A stretch of DNA of 64,000 nt from Pseudomonadota bacterium (lineage in GTDB: Bacteria > Pseudomonadota > Alphaproteobacteria > Acetobacterales > Acetobacteraceae): NCBI GenBank assembly GCA_021809435.1, contig JAKBAD010000002.1, forward strand, positions 260,042 to 324,041, read 5' to 3'. Position 1 is the stretch's first letter; the number at the start of each line of letters is the position of its first letter. The notes beneath the pieces were generated by a model, which ran no database searches, had not been told where the DNA came from, and worked only from the letters and a program-made list of their open reading frames with translations. This document shows, one piece after another, positions 10,149 to 20,912 of this stretch. Made by a program: the position numbers and the translations under genes.

Positions 10149-10270
10149 GCGATGGAGACGACAAACCAGCCCTGAGGCTGTTTCCTCGTCATCGCCAGCC
10201 CGGAAAAGGGCACCACCTTGCCCGGAGCGGCAGGTTGGCGTTGGGCGCCGGCCCAACTCTTGATGTTGAG
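10149..10270 (-). ncRNA. Candidate SAM-I-clan (SAM-I/IV-like) riboswitch with anti-P1 hairpin
   Basis: Minus strand: P1 CTCAACATC/GATGACGAG, AUCAAGAG junction, P2 TTGGGC/GCCCAA, P3 CCAACC-TGCC/GGCA-A-GGTGG, P4 GCCC/GGGC; located upstream of metA. Confidence 0.7.
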
Positions 10271-10274
10271 CCGA

Positions 10275-10303
10275 TATTTATGGCGCGCGGCAATGGTTTG
10301 CAA
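10275..10303 (-). promoter_or_regulatory. Candidate sigma70 promoter of the metA leader
   Basis: TTGCAA-N17-TAAATA, ending 4 nt before the 5' strand of P1. Confidence 0.45.
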
Positions 10304-10411
10304 GGGCTTGGCCCATTGCCGCGCAGCCGTGCGTATGGCGGCGGCCGAGATCATCACCCCGTCCGGCTGGCGGGCGGGGACGATTTATACCCTGCACTGA
10401 GGGCGGAGAGT

Positions 10412-12577
10412 TCAGTCCACCCGGCGCTTATATTTAGCCTTGGGCCGCTCATGTGAAATGGAGCCGTGCAAGGCCGAGCCCCGGCCCGAGAGGGAGGGGT
10501 TGGTCATGAAATACTCATGCGCCGAGGCCGGCGGGTCGCCGGGCGTTACCCGGACCCACGCGCCGGCCGGGGTGAGCACCGAGCTCTGGGCATCGTCGCG
10601 CAGATTATTGATCATGATCTGATCGAGAATTTGGGCATGGACGGTGGGGTTATGGATCGGCACGAAGGTTTCCACCCGGTGGTCCATGTTGCGGGCCATC
10701 CAGTCGGCCGAGGAGATGAACAGCTTGGCCTCGCGCGAGGGCAGCGTGTGGCCATTGGCAAACACGCAGACCCGGGCATGCTCGAGGAACCGGCCGACGA
10801 TGGATTTGACCCGGATGGTCTCGGACAGGCCCGGCACCCCCGGGCGGAGGCAGCAAATGCCGCGCACCACGATGGAGACCGGCACGCCCGCGCGCGAGGC
10901 TTCATAGAGATGATCGATGAGCTTCTCATCGACCAGGGCGTTCATCTTAAGCCAGATGCCCGATGGCTTGCCGTGGCGGGCATTGGTGATTTCCTCATCG
11001 ATGAGGGTGCCGATGGTCTTGCGGGTGGTGAGCGGCGAGAAGGCGAGCTGCTCCATTTTCTCGGGGCGGGCATAGCCGGTCATGTAATTGAACAGCCGGG
11101 CGGCGTCGCGGGTGAGCTGGGGGTCGCAGGTGAAGAAGGAAAGGTCGGTATAAATGCGCGCCGTGATCGGGTGGTAGTTGCCGGTGCCGAAATGCACATA
11201 GGCGCGCAAGGAATTGGCCTCGCGGCGCACCACATAAGAGACCTTGGCGTGGGTTTTGAGGCCCACGAACCCAAACACCACCTGCACCCCCGCGGCCTCG
11301 AGCGTGCGTGAGAGGCGGATATTGGCTTCCTCATCGAAGCGCGCGCGCAGCTCGACCATGGCGGTAACGGATTTACCAGCCTCGGCGGCCTCGATCAGCG
11401 CCTTGACGATGGGGGAATCCCGGCTGGTGCGGTAGAGCGTTTGCTTGATGGCGACGACCGCCGGGTCGGTGGCGGCCTGGCGCAGAAACTGCACCACGAC
11501 ATCGAAGCTCTCGAACGGATGATGGACCAGAATATCCTTGGCCCGGATGGCGGCGAAGCAGTCCCCCGCGAAATCGCGGATGCGCTCGGGGAAACGGGCG
11601 GCATAGGGGGTAAAGAGCAGGTCGGGCCGGTCATCGACGATCAGCTGCTTGACATCGACCAAACCGATGATGCCGGTTTCGGGATAAATCTGGTCGTGGG
11701 GCGCCTCGACCGCGCTGATCACCAGCTCGCGCAGTTCGTGGGGCATGTCAGCCTGCACGGTGAGCGAGATGACCACGCCGCGCCGGCGCCGCTTGAGGGC
11801 GGTTTCGTAGGAGCGCACCAGATCCTCGGCCTCTTCCTCGAACTCGACATCGGTGTCGCGGATGAGGCGGAACAGGCCCGAACCCTGGACGGTGAAGCCA
11901 GGGAAGAGATGGCCCATATTCATGGCCACCAGCTCCTCGAGCATGATGAAGCGGATCGGCTGGCCCGGCATATCGGGCAGGCGCACGAAACGCTCGATCT
12001 GGGCGGGCAAGGGAATGAGCGCCGACATCTGGCCGCGGTCATCGTCGCGCGCCAGCGAGAGCGCCATGACCAGCCCCATATTGGGAATGAAGGGGAACGG
12101 ATGGGCCGGGTCAACGGCCAGCGGCGTGAGCACGGGAAAGACCCGTTCCATGAAATAGGAATCGAGGAACCCGGCATCGTCGGAGGTCAGCTCGCTGGCG
12201 GCGCATACCACCAGCCCGGCCAAGGCCAGCAGCTCGCGCAGTTCGGTGAAGGCGGCTTGCTGGGAGACGATGAGCTCACGCGCATGGGTGTTGATGGCGG
12301 CGAGCTGCTGGGCGGGGGTTAGGCCATCGGCCGAGCGTTCGAGCACGCCGGCGCGCTCCTGGCCGATGAGACCGGCGACACGCACGGAATAAAACTCATC
12401 GAGGTTGGAGGCGCTGATGGAGACGAAGCGCAGCCGCTCGAGCAGCGGGTGGCGGGTGTTGCGGGCCTCGCCCACGACGCGAAAATTGAAATCCAGCCAG
12501 GAAAGCTCGCGGTTGATGAAGCGAGCCGGGTCATCTTGGGAAATGGCGGGCGCGGTGAGGGCGGACATCTGGTTCAT
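10412..12577 (-). CDS. ppk1: Polyphosphate kinase 1
   Basis: [62 protein letters not shown]. Confidence 0.97.
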   Translation of the reverse strand: MNQMSALTAPAISQDDPARFINRELSWLDFNFRVVGEARNTRHPLLERLRFVSISASNLDEFYSVRVAGLIGQERAGVLERSADGLTPAQQLAAINTHARELIVSQQAAFTELRELLALAGLVVCAASELTSDDAGFLDSYFMERVFPVLTPLAVDPAHPFPFIPNMGLVMALSLARDDDRGQMSALIPLPAQIERFVRLPDMPGQPIRFIMLEELVAMNMGHLFPGFTVQGSGLFRLIRDTDVEFEEEAEDLVRSYETALKRRRRGVVISLTVQADMPHELRELVISAVEAPHDQIYPETGIIGLVDVKQLIVDDRPDLLFTPYAARFPERIRDFAGDCFAAIRAKDILVHHPFESFDVVVQFLRQAATDPAVVAIKQTLYRTSRDSPIVKALIEAAEAGKSVTAMVELRARFDEEANIRLSRTLEAAGVQVVFGFVGLKTHAKVSYVVRREANSLRAYVHFGTGNYHPITARIYTDLSFFTCDPQLTRDAARLFNYMTGYARPEKMEQLAFSPLTTRKTIGTLIDEEITNARHGKPSGIWLKMNALVDEKLIDHLYEASRAGVPVSIVVRGICCLRPGVPGLSETIRVKSIVGRFLEHARVCVFANGHTLPSREAKLFISSADWMARNMDHRVETFVPIHNPTVHAQILDQIMINNLRDDAQSSVLTPAGAWVRVTPGDPPASAHEYFMTNPSLSGRGSALHGSISHERPKAKYKRRVD

Positions 12578-12630
12578 ATGCGTATCTCTAACAGCCTGTC
12601 CCGCCTGAGCGGGTGACGTTATTTTAACAA

Positions 12631-13296
12631 TTATGTCTCGGACAACATTTCGGTGACAATATCAGTGGCGAGGCCGCGCGTGATGCGGGCGCTGCGGTCG
12701 AGCGCCAGGCGGTCGAGCCGGGCGATGGCCTCGCGGTAATAAAAGCCCGAGCGGGGCAGATGCAACATGAGCAGGTTGCGCACGGGGATGGAGAGGTTGA
12801 GCTGGCGCTCGGCGGCCAGGCGCAGCAGCAGCATCTCGAGCAGCTCATCCTCGGGCGGGCGGATTTCAACCTCGGACGAGGCGCGCAGGCGGGAGGTGAG
12901 GTCGGCGAGCTTGTAGCCCATGCGGTGGGGCGCCAGGCGCGAGGCCAGCAGCACGGCGAAACCGAATTCACGCGCGGCGTTGAGCAGATGCAGAAGAGCG
13001 GTGGGCTCGGGGATGGCATCCGCATCGTCAATGGCAAGCGGACCGGCGATTTGGGGCAGGCCGCGCAGGGCGGCGCCTTCGATGATCTGCGCCCGCACCT
13101 GCCCGGCCCAGATGTGGAGCAGATGGGTTTTGCCCACCCCCGCCTCGCCATGCAGAATGAGGCGGCCATTGCTCCAGCGTTCAGGCGCGGCCAGCCAGGC
13201 GCGCGCGCCGGCGTTCGAGGGGGCGGGGCAGAAATCCTCGGGCGAGAAGCGGTGTGGCTCGGCGAAGGGCAAGGCGAGTTGGCGCATGGCGTTCAT
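12631..13296 (-). CDS. hdaA: HdaA / DnaA regulatory inactivator
   Basis: Beta-clamp motif [26 protein letters not shown]; ATGA overlap with the upstream AI-2E gene. Confidence 0.85.
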   Translation of the reverse strand: MNAMRQLALPFAEPHRFSPEDFCPAPSNAGARAWLAAPERWSNGRLILHGEAGVGKTHLLHIWAGQVRAQIIEGAALRGLPQIAGPLAIDDADAIPEPTALLHLLNAAREFGFAVLLASRLAPHRMGYKLADLTSRLRASSEVEIRPPEDELLEMLLLRLAAERQLNLSIPVRNLLMLHLPRSGFYYREAIARLDRLALDRSARITRGLATDIVTEMLSET

Positions 13297-14396
13297 TCGG
13301 GCGCCGGGTCGAGATAGAGGGAGGATTGCAGATAGCGCCGCAGCCAGAAGCGCGTGAGCACGCCCAGGGTCGCCGTGACCGGCACCGCCAGCATGATGCC
13401 GACAAACCCAAACGCCGCGCCGCCCGCGAACAAGGCAAAGATGATCCAGACCGCCGGCAGGCCCAGCCGGTCGCCCAGAAAGCGGGGTTGGATGAAATAA
13501 TCGTTCAAGGCCTGGCCGCAGGCGAACACAATGAGCACCGCGATGATGCCATGCCAGCCGGGATTTTGGTTGAGCGAGATGAGCACCGCCGTGATGCCGC
13601 CCAAAAGCGTGCCGACATAGGGGATGAACGACAGCAGCCCCGCCGCCAGCCCGACGATGAGCCCAAATTGCAGCCCGGTGATGCTGAGCCCCAGCGCATA
13701 AACCAGCGCCAGCACCAGGCAGCAAATGGCTTGGCCGCGGATCCAGGCAGCCAGCACGCGGTTGACCTCGATGGCCTGGGCGCGGACCAGGGGCGCGTAG
13801 GGGCGGGGCACGAAACGGTCGAGCGCGGCGATGATGCGGGGCCAGTCGCGCAGGAAGTAGAACCCGACAATGGGCGTGACGATGAGCAGGGACAGCAGAT
13901 TAACCACCGCGAAGCTGCTGCCAATGATGTTGGTAACCGCCCGGCCCGCGAAGGAGGCGATGGTGCCGGCCTGATTCTCGGCGATGGTTTGCAGCTTGTT
14001 GCTCACCTCGCCCTGACCAAAACGGTGCTCCAGCCCATGGACGAAGAGACCGAAATCCTTTTGCGCGGTGGAGACATAGCCAGGCATGTTCTGCGCCAGC
14101 GCCACCGCCTGATCGGCGATGACGGGGTAGAGCTGAAGGATGAACAGCGCCAAGGCGATGAACAGCGCGAACAGCGTGGCCAGCGCCCCCACCGCGCGGC
14201 GCGCGCCCAGCTGCTCGAGCTTGGTAACCACGGGATCGAGGAAATAGGCCAGCCCGGCGGCCACCACGAAGGGCAGCAAAATGCTCGCGAACAGCCGCAG
14301 GCACAGCCACAAGACCCCCAAAGCCGCCACGGCCAGAACCAGCCGCCGCCATTGTGTGCGGCGGATGCGCGCCTGCAAGGGGAGGTTTTCGCTCAA
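13293..14396 (-). CDS. AI-2E family transporter
   Basis: Hydrophobic; [21 protein letters not shown]; TTG start inferred; usual purM-linked context. Confidence 0.85.
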   Translation of the reverse strand: MSENLPLQARIRRTQWRRLVLAVAALGVLWLCLRLFASILLPFVVAAGLAYFLDPVVTKLEQLGARRAVGALATLFALFIALALFILQLYPVIADQAVALAQNMPGYVSTAQKDFGLFVHGLEHRFGQGEVSNKLQTIAENQAGTIASFAGRAVTNIIGSSFAVVNLLSLLIVTPIVGFYFLRDWPRIIAALDRFVPRPYAPLVRAQAIEVNRVLAAWIRGQAICCLVLALVYALGLSITGLQFGLIVGLAAGLLSFIPYVGTLLGGITAVLISLNQNPGWHGIIAVLIVFACGQALNDYFIQPRFLGDRLGLPAVWIIFALFAGGAAFGFVGIMLAVPVTATLGVLTRFWLRRYLQSSLYLDPAPE

Positions 14397-14505
14397 ACCC
14401 GGCCTCGCGGTGATTGCGTGGGCACGCCGCCTGTGTTCAAACGCGGCGGAGAGTTCGAAGGTCCGGTTTTTGACATGGGCCGAGGTTAGCGCATCGGGGG
14501 CTTGT

Positions 14506-15537
14506 ATGACCAGTGTGACGTACCGGGATGCCGGGGTGGATATCGAGGCGGGCGATGCCCTGGTCGAGGCGATCAAGCCGCTGGCCAAGGCGACCAACCG
14601 CGCGGGTGTGCTGGGCGGCATTGGCGGGTTCGGCGCGCTGTTCGACCTCAAGGCCGCGGGCTACACCGATCCGGTTCTGGTCTCGACCACCGACGGCGTG
14701 GGCACCAAGCTCAAAATCGCCATCGAGACCGGCGTGCATGATTTCGTCGGCATCGATCTGGTCGCCATGTGCGTGAATGATTTGATCGTGCAGGGCGCGG
14801 CACCGCTGTTTTTTCTCGATTATTTCGCCACCGGCGCGCTCGATGTCCAGGCCGCCAAGCGGGTGATCGCGGGGATCGCCGAGGGCTGCAAACAGGCCGA
14901 TTGCGCGCTGGTGGGCGGCGAAACGGCCGAGATGCCGGGCATGTATGGCGCGGGCGATTATGATTTGGCCGGCTTCTCGGTGGGGGCGGCCGAGCGCGCC
15001 GAGCTGCTGCCCGCCAATGTCACCGTGGGCGACGCGATTCTGGGCCTGCCCTCGTCGGGCGTGCATTCCAACGGCTTTTCGCTGGTGCGGCGGATTTTCC
15101 GCGATGCCGGACTGGGCTGGGACTCGGAGATTCTGGGCGGTCAGCGCGCCGCCAATGTGCTGCTGACGCCGACCCGCATTTATGTCCGCCCGGTGCTGGC
15201 GCTGCATAAGGCCGGGCTGCTCAAGGGCGCCGCCCACATTACCGGCGGCGGGCTGCCCGGCAACCTGCCCCGCGTGCTGCCCAAGGGCTGCGGCGCCAAG
15301 CTCACCGCGCCCTGGGCCATGCCGGAGATTTTTGGCTTGCTGCGCGAGCTTGGCAATGTCGCGCCCGAGGAGATGCTGCGGGTGTTTAATTGCGGGGTCG
15401 GCATGGCGCTGATCGTCTCTGACAAGGACGCCGCGCTGGCGGCCTTGCGTGAGGCCGGCGAGGCGCCGTTTGTGCTGGGTGAGATCACCGCGCGGCCTGG
15501 CATCGAGATTGAGGGCGCGGATACGCTCTTCGCATGA
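14506..15537 (+). CDS. purM: Phosphoribosylformylglycinamidine cyclo-ligase
   Basis: [45 protein letters not shown]. Confidence 0.97.
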   Translation: MTSVTYRDAGVDIEAGDALVEAIKPLAKATNRAGVLGGIGGFGALFDLKAAGYTDPVLVSTTDGVGTKLKIAIETGVHDFVGIDLVAMCVNDLIVQGAAPLFFLDYFATGALDVQAAKRVIAGIAEGCKQADCALVGGETAEMPGMYGAGDYDLAGFSVGAAERAELLPANVTVGDAILGLPSSGVHSNGFSLVRRIFRDAGLGWDSEILGGQRAANVLLTPTRIYVRPVLALHKAGLLKGAAHITGGGLPGNLPRVLPKGCGAKLTAPWAMPEIFGLLRELGNVAPEEMLRVFNCGVGMALIVSDKDAALAALREAGEAPFVLGEITARPGIEIEGADTLFA

Positions 15538-16127
15538 GGAAAGTACGGGTCGCCGTGCTGATTTCGGGGCGCGGCTCGAACATGGAAGCGCTGGTGAAGG
15601 CGGCCAAGGCGCCCGATTACCCGGCCGAGATTGCCCTGGTGCTCTCGAACAAGGAGGACGCCAAGGGGCTCGAAATCGCCCGCGCGCTGGGCGTGAGGGC
15701 CGAGGCCTTGGCCAGCAAGCCGTTTGGCCGCGACCGCGCGGCGCATGAGCGGCTGGTGGATGAGCGTCTGCGCGAGGCGGGCGTGGAGCTGGTGTGTCTG
15801 GCCGGTTATATGCGGCTGCTGACGCCCTATTTGGTGCGGCGCTGGGCGGGACGGATGCTCAATATCCACCCCAGCCTGCTGCCGGAATTTCCAGGGCTCG
15901 ATACCCACCAGCGGGCGATCGACGCGGGGGCCGCCGAACATGGCTGCACCGTGCATCTGGTGACCGAGGGCATGGATGAAGGGCCGGTGCTGGGCCAGGC
16001 GCGGGTGCCGGTGCTCGCCACCGACACCGAGGACACCCTGGCCGCGCGGGTACTGGAACAGGAGCACAGGCTCTACCCGGCCATGCTGGCGGAACAGGCG
16101 CGTAAAATTCTCTTGTCAGACGGCTGA
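15534..16127 (+). CDS. purN: Phosphoribosylglycinamide formyltransferase
   Basis: [31 protein letters not shown]. Confidence 0.96.
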   Translation: MRKVRVAVLISGRGSNMEALVKAAKAPDYPAEIALVLSNKEDAKGLEIARALGVRAEALASKPFGRDRAAHERLVDERLREAGVELVCLAGYMRLLTPYLVRRWAGRMLNIHPSLLPEFPGLDTHQRAIDAGAAEHGCTVHLVTEGMDEGPVLGQARVPVLATDTEDTLAARVLEQEHRLYPAMLAEQARKILLSDG

Positions 16128-16170
16128 GGCGTTTTTTAAGCTCACCCTCAAACAGATGAAGGGGGATGAG

Positions 16171-16332
16171 ATGGCGCACGGCATGCACAGCCAGGAGCTG
16201 GTTGAGGGGGGCGTGGATTTTGACACGCCGGCTCAGAAGGGCTGGGGGTTTTTTGTTAAATTCGCCTTCTGGACGGTGATTGTCATTATCGCCGGGCTGC
16301 TGCTGATCGGCGCCATGACGGTGTGGAGCTGA
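16171..16332 (+). CDS. 53-aa single-TM protein resembling aa3-type cytochrome c oxidase subunit IV
   Basis: RBS AAGGGG; MAHGMH...DFDTPAQKGWGFFVKFAFWTVIVII pattern; family call is from resemblance only. Confidence 0.5.
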   Translation: MAHGMHSQELVEGGVDFDTPAQKGWGFFVKFAFWTVIVIIAGLLLIGAMTVWS

Positions 16333-16342
16333 ACCTCACCGC

Positions 16343-16792
16343 TCAGGGCGCGATGATCTGGCGCAGCAGCCGGCGTTTGGTGTCAACGAAGCCCATTTTC
16401 TCATAAAGCGCGTAGGCGCGGTGGTTGGTGGCCTCGACCTCGAGCAGCAGGGCGCGGATGCCCAGCACGCGCGCGGCCTCGATGGCCAGCTCGACCGCGC
16501 GCCGCCCCAGCCCTTGGCCGCGCAGGCCGGGGATGAGATAGATATCGTCGATATAGCCATCATAACCGCCATTTTCGACCGAATAGCCGATGGTGAGCAC
16601 AAAGAACCCCACGGGCTGGCCATTGAGCGCGAGCATGTAGGCGGGAGCCAGCGGTTCGCCAGCCACCACGCGGCCAATGGTGGCCAGCGCCGCGTCATCG
16701 AGGGGGGAGCCGTCTTCAAGGTGGAAGTCGCGGCAGAAAGCCAGGAATTGGGCTTCATCGGCCGGGGTGGCGCGGCGGGCGGTGAGGGTCAT
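16343..16792 (-). CDS. GNAT N-acetyltransferase
   Basis: IDDIYLIPGLRGQGLG, LEVEATN, ALYEKMGF. Confidence 0.85.
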   Translation of the reverse strand: MTLTARRATPADEAQFLAFCRDFHLEDGSPLDDAALATIGRVVAGEPLAPAYMLALNGQPVGFFVLTIGYSVENGGYDGYIDDIYLIPGLRGQGLGRRAVELAIEAARVLGIRALLLEVEATNHRAYALYEKMGFVDTKRRLLRQIIAP

Positions 16793-17580
16793 TTCAGCCG
16801 CACCGTCAGGCTGCGTTCCTCGAGCGCGTCAATCAGGGCCTCCGCGCCCCCGCGCAGCAGGCGCGCGAGCAAACCGCCGGGCGGTTTGGCCCGGAAATAG
16901 ACCGGCCGCGCCCGCTTGCCCCCAAGCTCGCGCACCACGGTCTCAACATCGCCAAACCCATCGATCAGCCCGCGCGCCAGCGCGGTTTGGCCGAGCATGT
17001 AGCCGCCATCGAAAATCAACGCCTCATCGGCGCACAGCCGCGCGCCACGGCGGTCGCGCACCCAGGATTTGAAAGCCCCATGCGCCTGATCCAGCAAATC
17101 TTGGGTGAAGGCCACGTCGTCGGAGGCCTCGGGGGCGAACATGTCGTTACGGCGCTTATGGGCGCCGGCGGTGCGGGTGCGGCGGGTGATACCGTGGCGA
17201 AGGATGAACTCATCGAGCCCAAACCCCTCGCTGACCACACCAATAGAACCGACGATGGAGAGCCGGTTGGCAAGGATGCGGTCAGCCGCGCAGGCCAGCC
17301 AATAGCCGCCCGACGCCCCGACATCGCCAATGACCGCCGTGACGGCAATGTCATGCGCCTCGGCCTGGCGGCGGATGGCCTGGCCAATGAGGTCGGATTG
17401 CGCGGCCGAGCCGCCGGGGCTCTCGATGGCCAGCACGAGGTTTTGAGAGCGCCTGGCCAGCGCGGCGGCCTTGGCCAGCGGCGCGGACAAGGCTTCGAGA
17501 TTAACCAGCCCCGCGCGCGGCGCGATAAGGCCGCGAATGACCAGGACAGGGATTTTGGGGGCAATAAAGGGCAGGCGCAT
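16789..17580 (-). CDS. S49 family (SppA-like) peptidase
   Basis: IESPGGS, ASGGYWLA, SIVGSIGV. Confidence 0.85.
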   Translation of the reverse strand: MRLPFIAPKIPVLVIRGLIAPRAGLVNLEALSAPLAKAAALARRSQNLVLAIESPGGSAAQSDLIGQAIRRQAEAHDIAVTAVIGDVGASGGYWLACAADRILANRLSIVGSIGVVSEGFGLDEFILRHGITRRTRTAGAHKRRNDMFAPEASDDVAFTQDLLDQAHGAFKSWVRDRRGARLCADEALIFDGGYMLGQTALARGLIDGFGDVETVVRELGGKRARPVYFRAKPPGGLLARLLRGGAEALIDALEERSLTVRLK

Positions 17581-17595
17581 GGCGCCAGGATGAAG

Positions 17596-18834
17596 CTACT
17601 CGGCCGGTTCGGCAAGGCGGGCGCGCTCGGCTTCGAACATGTAGTCGCGCGTCAGCGGCAGGGCGGTTGGTTCGCGCGCCAGCTGGAGCTGGAAATTCAT
17701 GTGATCGGCCAAGCGGAACGCCAGCTCGGAGCCGGCGAGGTAGAATTCGAACATCCGGCAGAAACGTTCATCGTAGAGAGCGCTGATGGCGTCGCGGTTG
17801 GCGGCGAAACGCTTACGCCAGAGCGCCAGGGTCGCCGCGTAATGCAGGCGCAGAATTTCGACATCGGTGATGATGAGGCCAGACGCCTCGACAGGCCCCA
17901 TGACTTCGGAGAGCGCCGGCGAATAACCGCCGGGGAAGATATATTTGGCGATCCAGCCATTGGTGGCCGAGGGGCCGGCACTGCGCCCAATGGAATGGAC
18001 AAGGGCCACCCCGTCGGGTTTGAGGCAGCGCTTGATGGCGGCGAAATAGGCCGGATAGTTGGGCACGCCGACATGCTCGAACATGCCCACCGAGACAATG
18101 CGGTCAAATGGCTGGTTGAGCGCGCGGTAATCTTGCAGCTCGAAGCGCACGCGCGCCGAGAGTCCGGCCTCGGCGGCGCGGGCGCGCGCGGCGGCGAGCT
18201 GTTCTTCTGAGAGGGTAATGCCCAGCACCCGCGCGCCGTACTCCCGCGCGAGGGTGAGCGCCATGCCGCCCCAGCCGCAGCCAATATCGAGCACCTCGAG
18301 GCCTGGGCGGGTGAGCGCCAGCTTGGCGGCGATATGGCGCTTCTTGGCCACCTGCGCGGCTTCGAGCGTTTCATCGCCGTGGGGGAAATAGGCGCAGGAA
18401 TATTGCCGGTCACGGTCGAGGAACAGCGCATAGAGCCGGCCATTGAGGTCGTAATGATGGGCGACATTATGCTTGGCGCGCTTGGCCGGGTTGGCTTGCA
18501 GCAGCGGGCGGAGCAGCTGGTCGAGCTTTTCCTTCCAGGCGAGCGCGGGAATGGTGCGGTCGCGAATATTGGCGTAAAACACCGCCAGCAGCTCGTAGAT
18601 GCCACCATTGAAGGGCATGATGCCCTGGTCCATATAGGCCTCGCCCAGGGCCATGCCGGGGTCGAGCGCCAGGCGGCGCACCCAGCTATCGCCCCGTATG
18701 CGCATGCCGGCCGCGAAGCCCGTGCCGTTGCCGTAGCTGGTGCGCTGGTCATCGGGCCAGATGACATCGAGCCGCCCCTCGCGGACGGTGGCGATGAAGA
18801 GATGATGCAAGGCTGCGCGGAATCCGAACTTCAC
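17596..18834 (-). CDS. cfa: Cyclopropane-fatty-acyl-phospholipid synthase family
   Basis: NVAHHYDL, YSCAYF, LDIGCGWGG, VSVGMFEHVG, YIFPGG; GTG start with RBS AAGGAG. Confidence 0.9.
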   Translation of the reverse strand: MKFGFRAALHHLFIATVREGRLDVIWPDDQRTSYGNGTGFAAGMRIRGDSWVRRLALDPGMALGEAYMDQGIMPFNGGIYELLAVFYANIRDRTIPALAWKEKLDQLLRPLLQANPAKRAKHNVAHHYDLNGRLYALFLDRDRQYSCAYFPHGDETLEAAQVAKKRHIAAKLALTRPGLEVLDIGCGWGGMALTLAREYGARVLGITLSEEQLAAARARAAEAGLSARVRFELQDYRALNQPFDRIVSVGMFEHVGVPNYPAYFAAIKRCLKPDGVALVHSIGRSAGPSATNGWIAKYIFPGGYSPALSEVMGPVEASGLIITDVEILRLHYAATLALWRKRFAANRDAISALYDERFCRMFEFYLAGSELAFRLADHMNFQLQLAREPTALPLTRDYMFEAERARLAEPAE

Positions 18835-18920
18835 GTCATGCTCCTTGAACCTTGAGACAACGCAGAACCAGACGGCGAAACTGGCGGGATTGTAACCGGG
18901 CGGGGAAAGCGGGCGCAAAT

Positions 18921-18952
18921 AAAAACGGCCCCCGCACAAGGCAGGGGCCGTT
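18921..18952 (-). terminator. Intrinsic terminator after rplI
   Basis: AACGGCCCC/GGGGCCGTT stem followed by a U-tract on the minus strand. Confidence 0.65.
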
Positions 18953-18996
18953 ACCTTTAAGCTCATTTCATCCGCGCTTCAGCGGATGGTAAGGAC

Positions 18997-19554
18997 TCAG
19001 GCCTCGGCGGCCTCTTCCTCACCGAAGAGCGGCCCGAGTTCGGGCTTCTCATCGGCTTCGCGCTGGATTTCCTCACCCCGCGCCTGCTTCTCGGCTTCCT
19101 CGACCGAACGGGCGGCGTTCACCTTGATGTCGATGATCACTTCGGGGTGCAGCTCGACGCGCACGCTCGAAATACCCAGCGACTTGATGGGGTGAACCAG
19201 CAACACCTGGTTGCGGGTGATGGTCAGACCGGCAGCGGTGGCGGCATCGGAGATGTCGCGGCTGGAGACCGAACCATAAAGCGCGCCGGACTCGGAGGCC
19301 TGGCGGATGAGGGTGACGGAGAGCCCCGCCACGCGCTCGGCCACGCGCTCGGCTTCCTCGCGGCGCTTGAGGTTCTGGGCCTCGAGCTGAACGCGCTCGC
19401 GCTCGAAACGCTCCTTGTTCGCCTTGGTGGCGCGCACAGCCTTGCCCTGGGGCAGCAGGAAGTTACGGGCATAGCCCGGCTTCACCGACACCAGCTCGCC
19501 CATCTGGCCAAGCTTTTCCACGCGCTGAAGGAGGATCAGATCAATGTTTGCCAT
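18997..19554 (-). CDS. rplI: 50S ribosomal protein L9
   Basis: [24 protein letters not shown]. Confidence 0.97.
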   Translation of the reverse strand: MANIDLILLQRVEKLGQMGELVSVKPGYARNFLLPQGKAVRATKANKERFERERVQLEAQNLKRREEAERVAERVAGLSVTLIRQASESGALYGSVSSRDISDAATAAGLTITRNQVLLVHPIKSLGISSVRVELHPEVIIDIKVNAARSVEEAEKQARGEEIQREADEKPELGPLFGEEEAAEA

Positions 19555-19566
19555 TGTTCGCGCTCC

Positions 19567-19842
19567 TTAGCTCAGCACGTAGGGGAGCAGGGCCAGGAAG
19601 CGGGCGCGCTTGATGGCTTTCGCCAGCTCACGCTGCTTCTTGCCCGACACGGCGGTGATGCGCGAGGGCACGATCTTGCCGCGCTCGGAGAGGAAGCGCG
19701 ACAGGAGCCGCACATCCTTATAGTCGATCGCCGGCGCGCCGGCGCCCGAGAAGGGGCACGACTTCTTGCGACGGAAGAACGGGCGGCGGGCGCCAACGGC
19801 CGGGCGGCGCAGGCCGGGGGTGGGTTCGTTGGTTTCAGACAT
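19567..19842 (-). CDS. rpsR: 30S ribosomal protein S18
   Basis: [30 protein letters not shown]. Confidence 0.97.
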   Translation of the reverse strand: MSETNEPTPGLRRPAVGARRPFFRRKKSCPFSGAGAPAIDYKDVRLLSRFLSERGKIVPSRITAVSGKKQRELAKAIKRARFLALLPYVLS

Positions 19843-20315
19843 CAGACTTCCTCCTCGGCGCTGAAATCGTCGCGGTCGGCGCGGAACTCATCACGCGCGC
19901 GGAACTCCTCGCGGTCATCGAAGCCGCGCTTGCGGCCCGACTCGAAGCGGCCAGCGGGCTTGGGCCCACGGAAGGCGCGCTCGCGGTCATCGGACTTGCG
20001 AGACAGAATGGCCGAGGGCTCCTCGGAAATCTCTTCGACGCGAACGGTCAGGAAGCGCAGCACGTCCTCGTTCAGGGTGAGCTGGCGCTCCATCTCGAGA
20101 ACGGCGGGCGACGCGGCATCGAGGCCGAGCAGCATGTAATGGCCCTTGCGGTTCTTCTTGATGCGGTAAGAGAGCGCGCGCAGGCCCCAATATTCGCGCT
20201 TCTTGACGGCGCCGCCGCCGGCTTCGATGATCGCGGTGGCGGCGTCGGCGACGGCTTCGGCCTGGGCTTGGGTGATCTCGCTGCGCGCGATCACCACGGT
20301 TTCATAAAGCGGCAT
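19842..20315 (-). CDS. rpsF: 30S ribosomal protein S6
   Basis: [31 protein letters not shown]; start refined to 20315. Confidence 0.96.
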   Translation of the reverse strand: MPLYETVVIARSEITQAQAEAVADAATAIIEAGGGAVKKREYWGLRALSYRIKKNRKGHYMLLGLDAASPAVLEMERQLTLNEDVLRFLTVRVEEISEEPSAILSRKSDDRERAFRGPKPAGRFESGRKRGFDDREEFRARDEFRADRDDFSAEEEV

Positions 20316-20522
20316 TTCGTACCCCCTTTGGCTGATCAGCTCAGGCCCTGGTCTGGACCACCCGGAATTGGGACGAGCATAGCCGGGCGCGATGCCACGC
20401 ACCCGGCAGGGAAGCGGGGCCTAAAGCACGGTTTGGCGCGGGCTACAAGAGGGGTGGGGGCTATTGCCAAAAATAGGGCCGGTGGGTAGGGGAAGCCACG
20501 TTTTTTCACACGGGATAGATCA

Positions 20523-20831
20523 ATGACCGAGCATACCAATCTGGGCCTGCAAGAGGCCGCTGTCCGCCTGGGCGTTTCGGTGCGCGTGCTGCGCCGCGCC
20601 ATCCGCGCCGGGCGCATTGCCGCGCCGGGCAAGGTGAGCGCCACCACCGCCTTCACCAACGAGTGGCTGCTGGCCACCGAGGCCGCCGTCGGCGCCGACC
20701 CTTCGCTGCTCTCGCGCGCGCTGAACCAGAAAGTGCCGCCCTTCGCCCGTTATGAGGGCACCTCGGCGTGGCGCAAATATCTCTCGCGGGCGCGTGATTA
20801 TGCCCGCTTCAAGGCCGAAATCGCCGCCTGA
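20523..20831 (+). CDS. Small protein with N-terminal HTH (excisionase/MerR-like)
   Basis: LQEAAVRLGVSVRVLRRAIRAGRI; RBS GGGA; own terminator. Confidence 0.65.
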   Translation: MTEHTNLGLQEAAVRLGVSVRVLRRAIRAGRIAAPGKVSATTAFTNEWLLATEAAVGADPSLLSRALNQKVPPFARYEGTSAWRKYLSRARDYARFKAEIAA

Positions 20832-20853
20832 TCGCGGCGGGGCCTGAGTTTGC

Positions 20854-20890
20854 AAAACGGCCGGCGGGGTAACCTGCCGGCCGTTTTTTT
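20854..20890 (+). terminator. Intrinsic (bidirectional) terminator
   Basis: AAAACGGCCGGC...GCCGGCCGTTTTTTT. Confidence 0.8.
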
Positions 20891-20912
20891 TGCGTGGCGG
20901 GGCGCGCGCCGT

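Noticed and set aside
12624-13169. 181-aa ORF as the gene upstream of ppk1
   Set aside because: Wrong frame; the HdaA motifs are in the 12631-13296 frame
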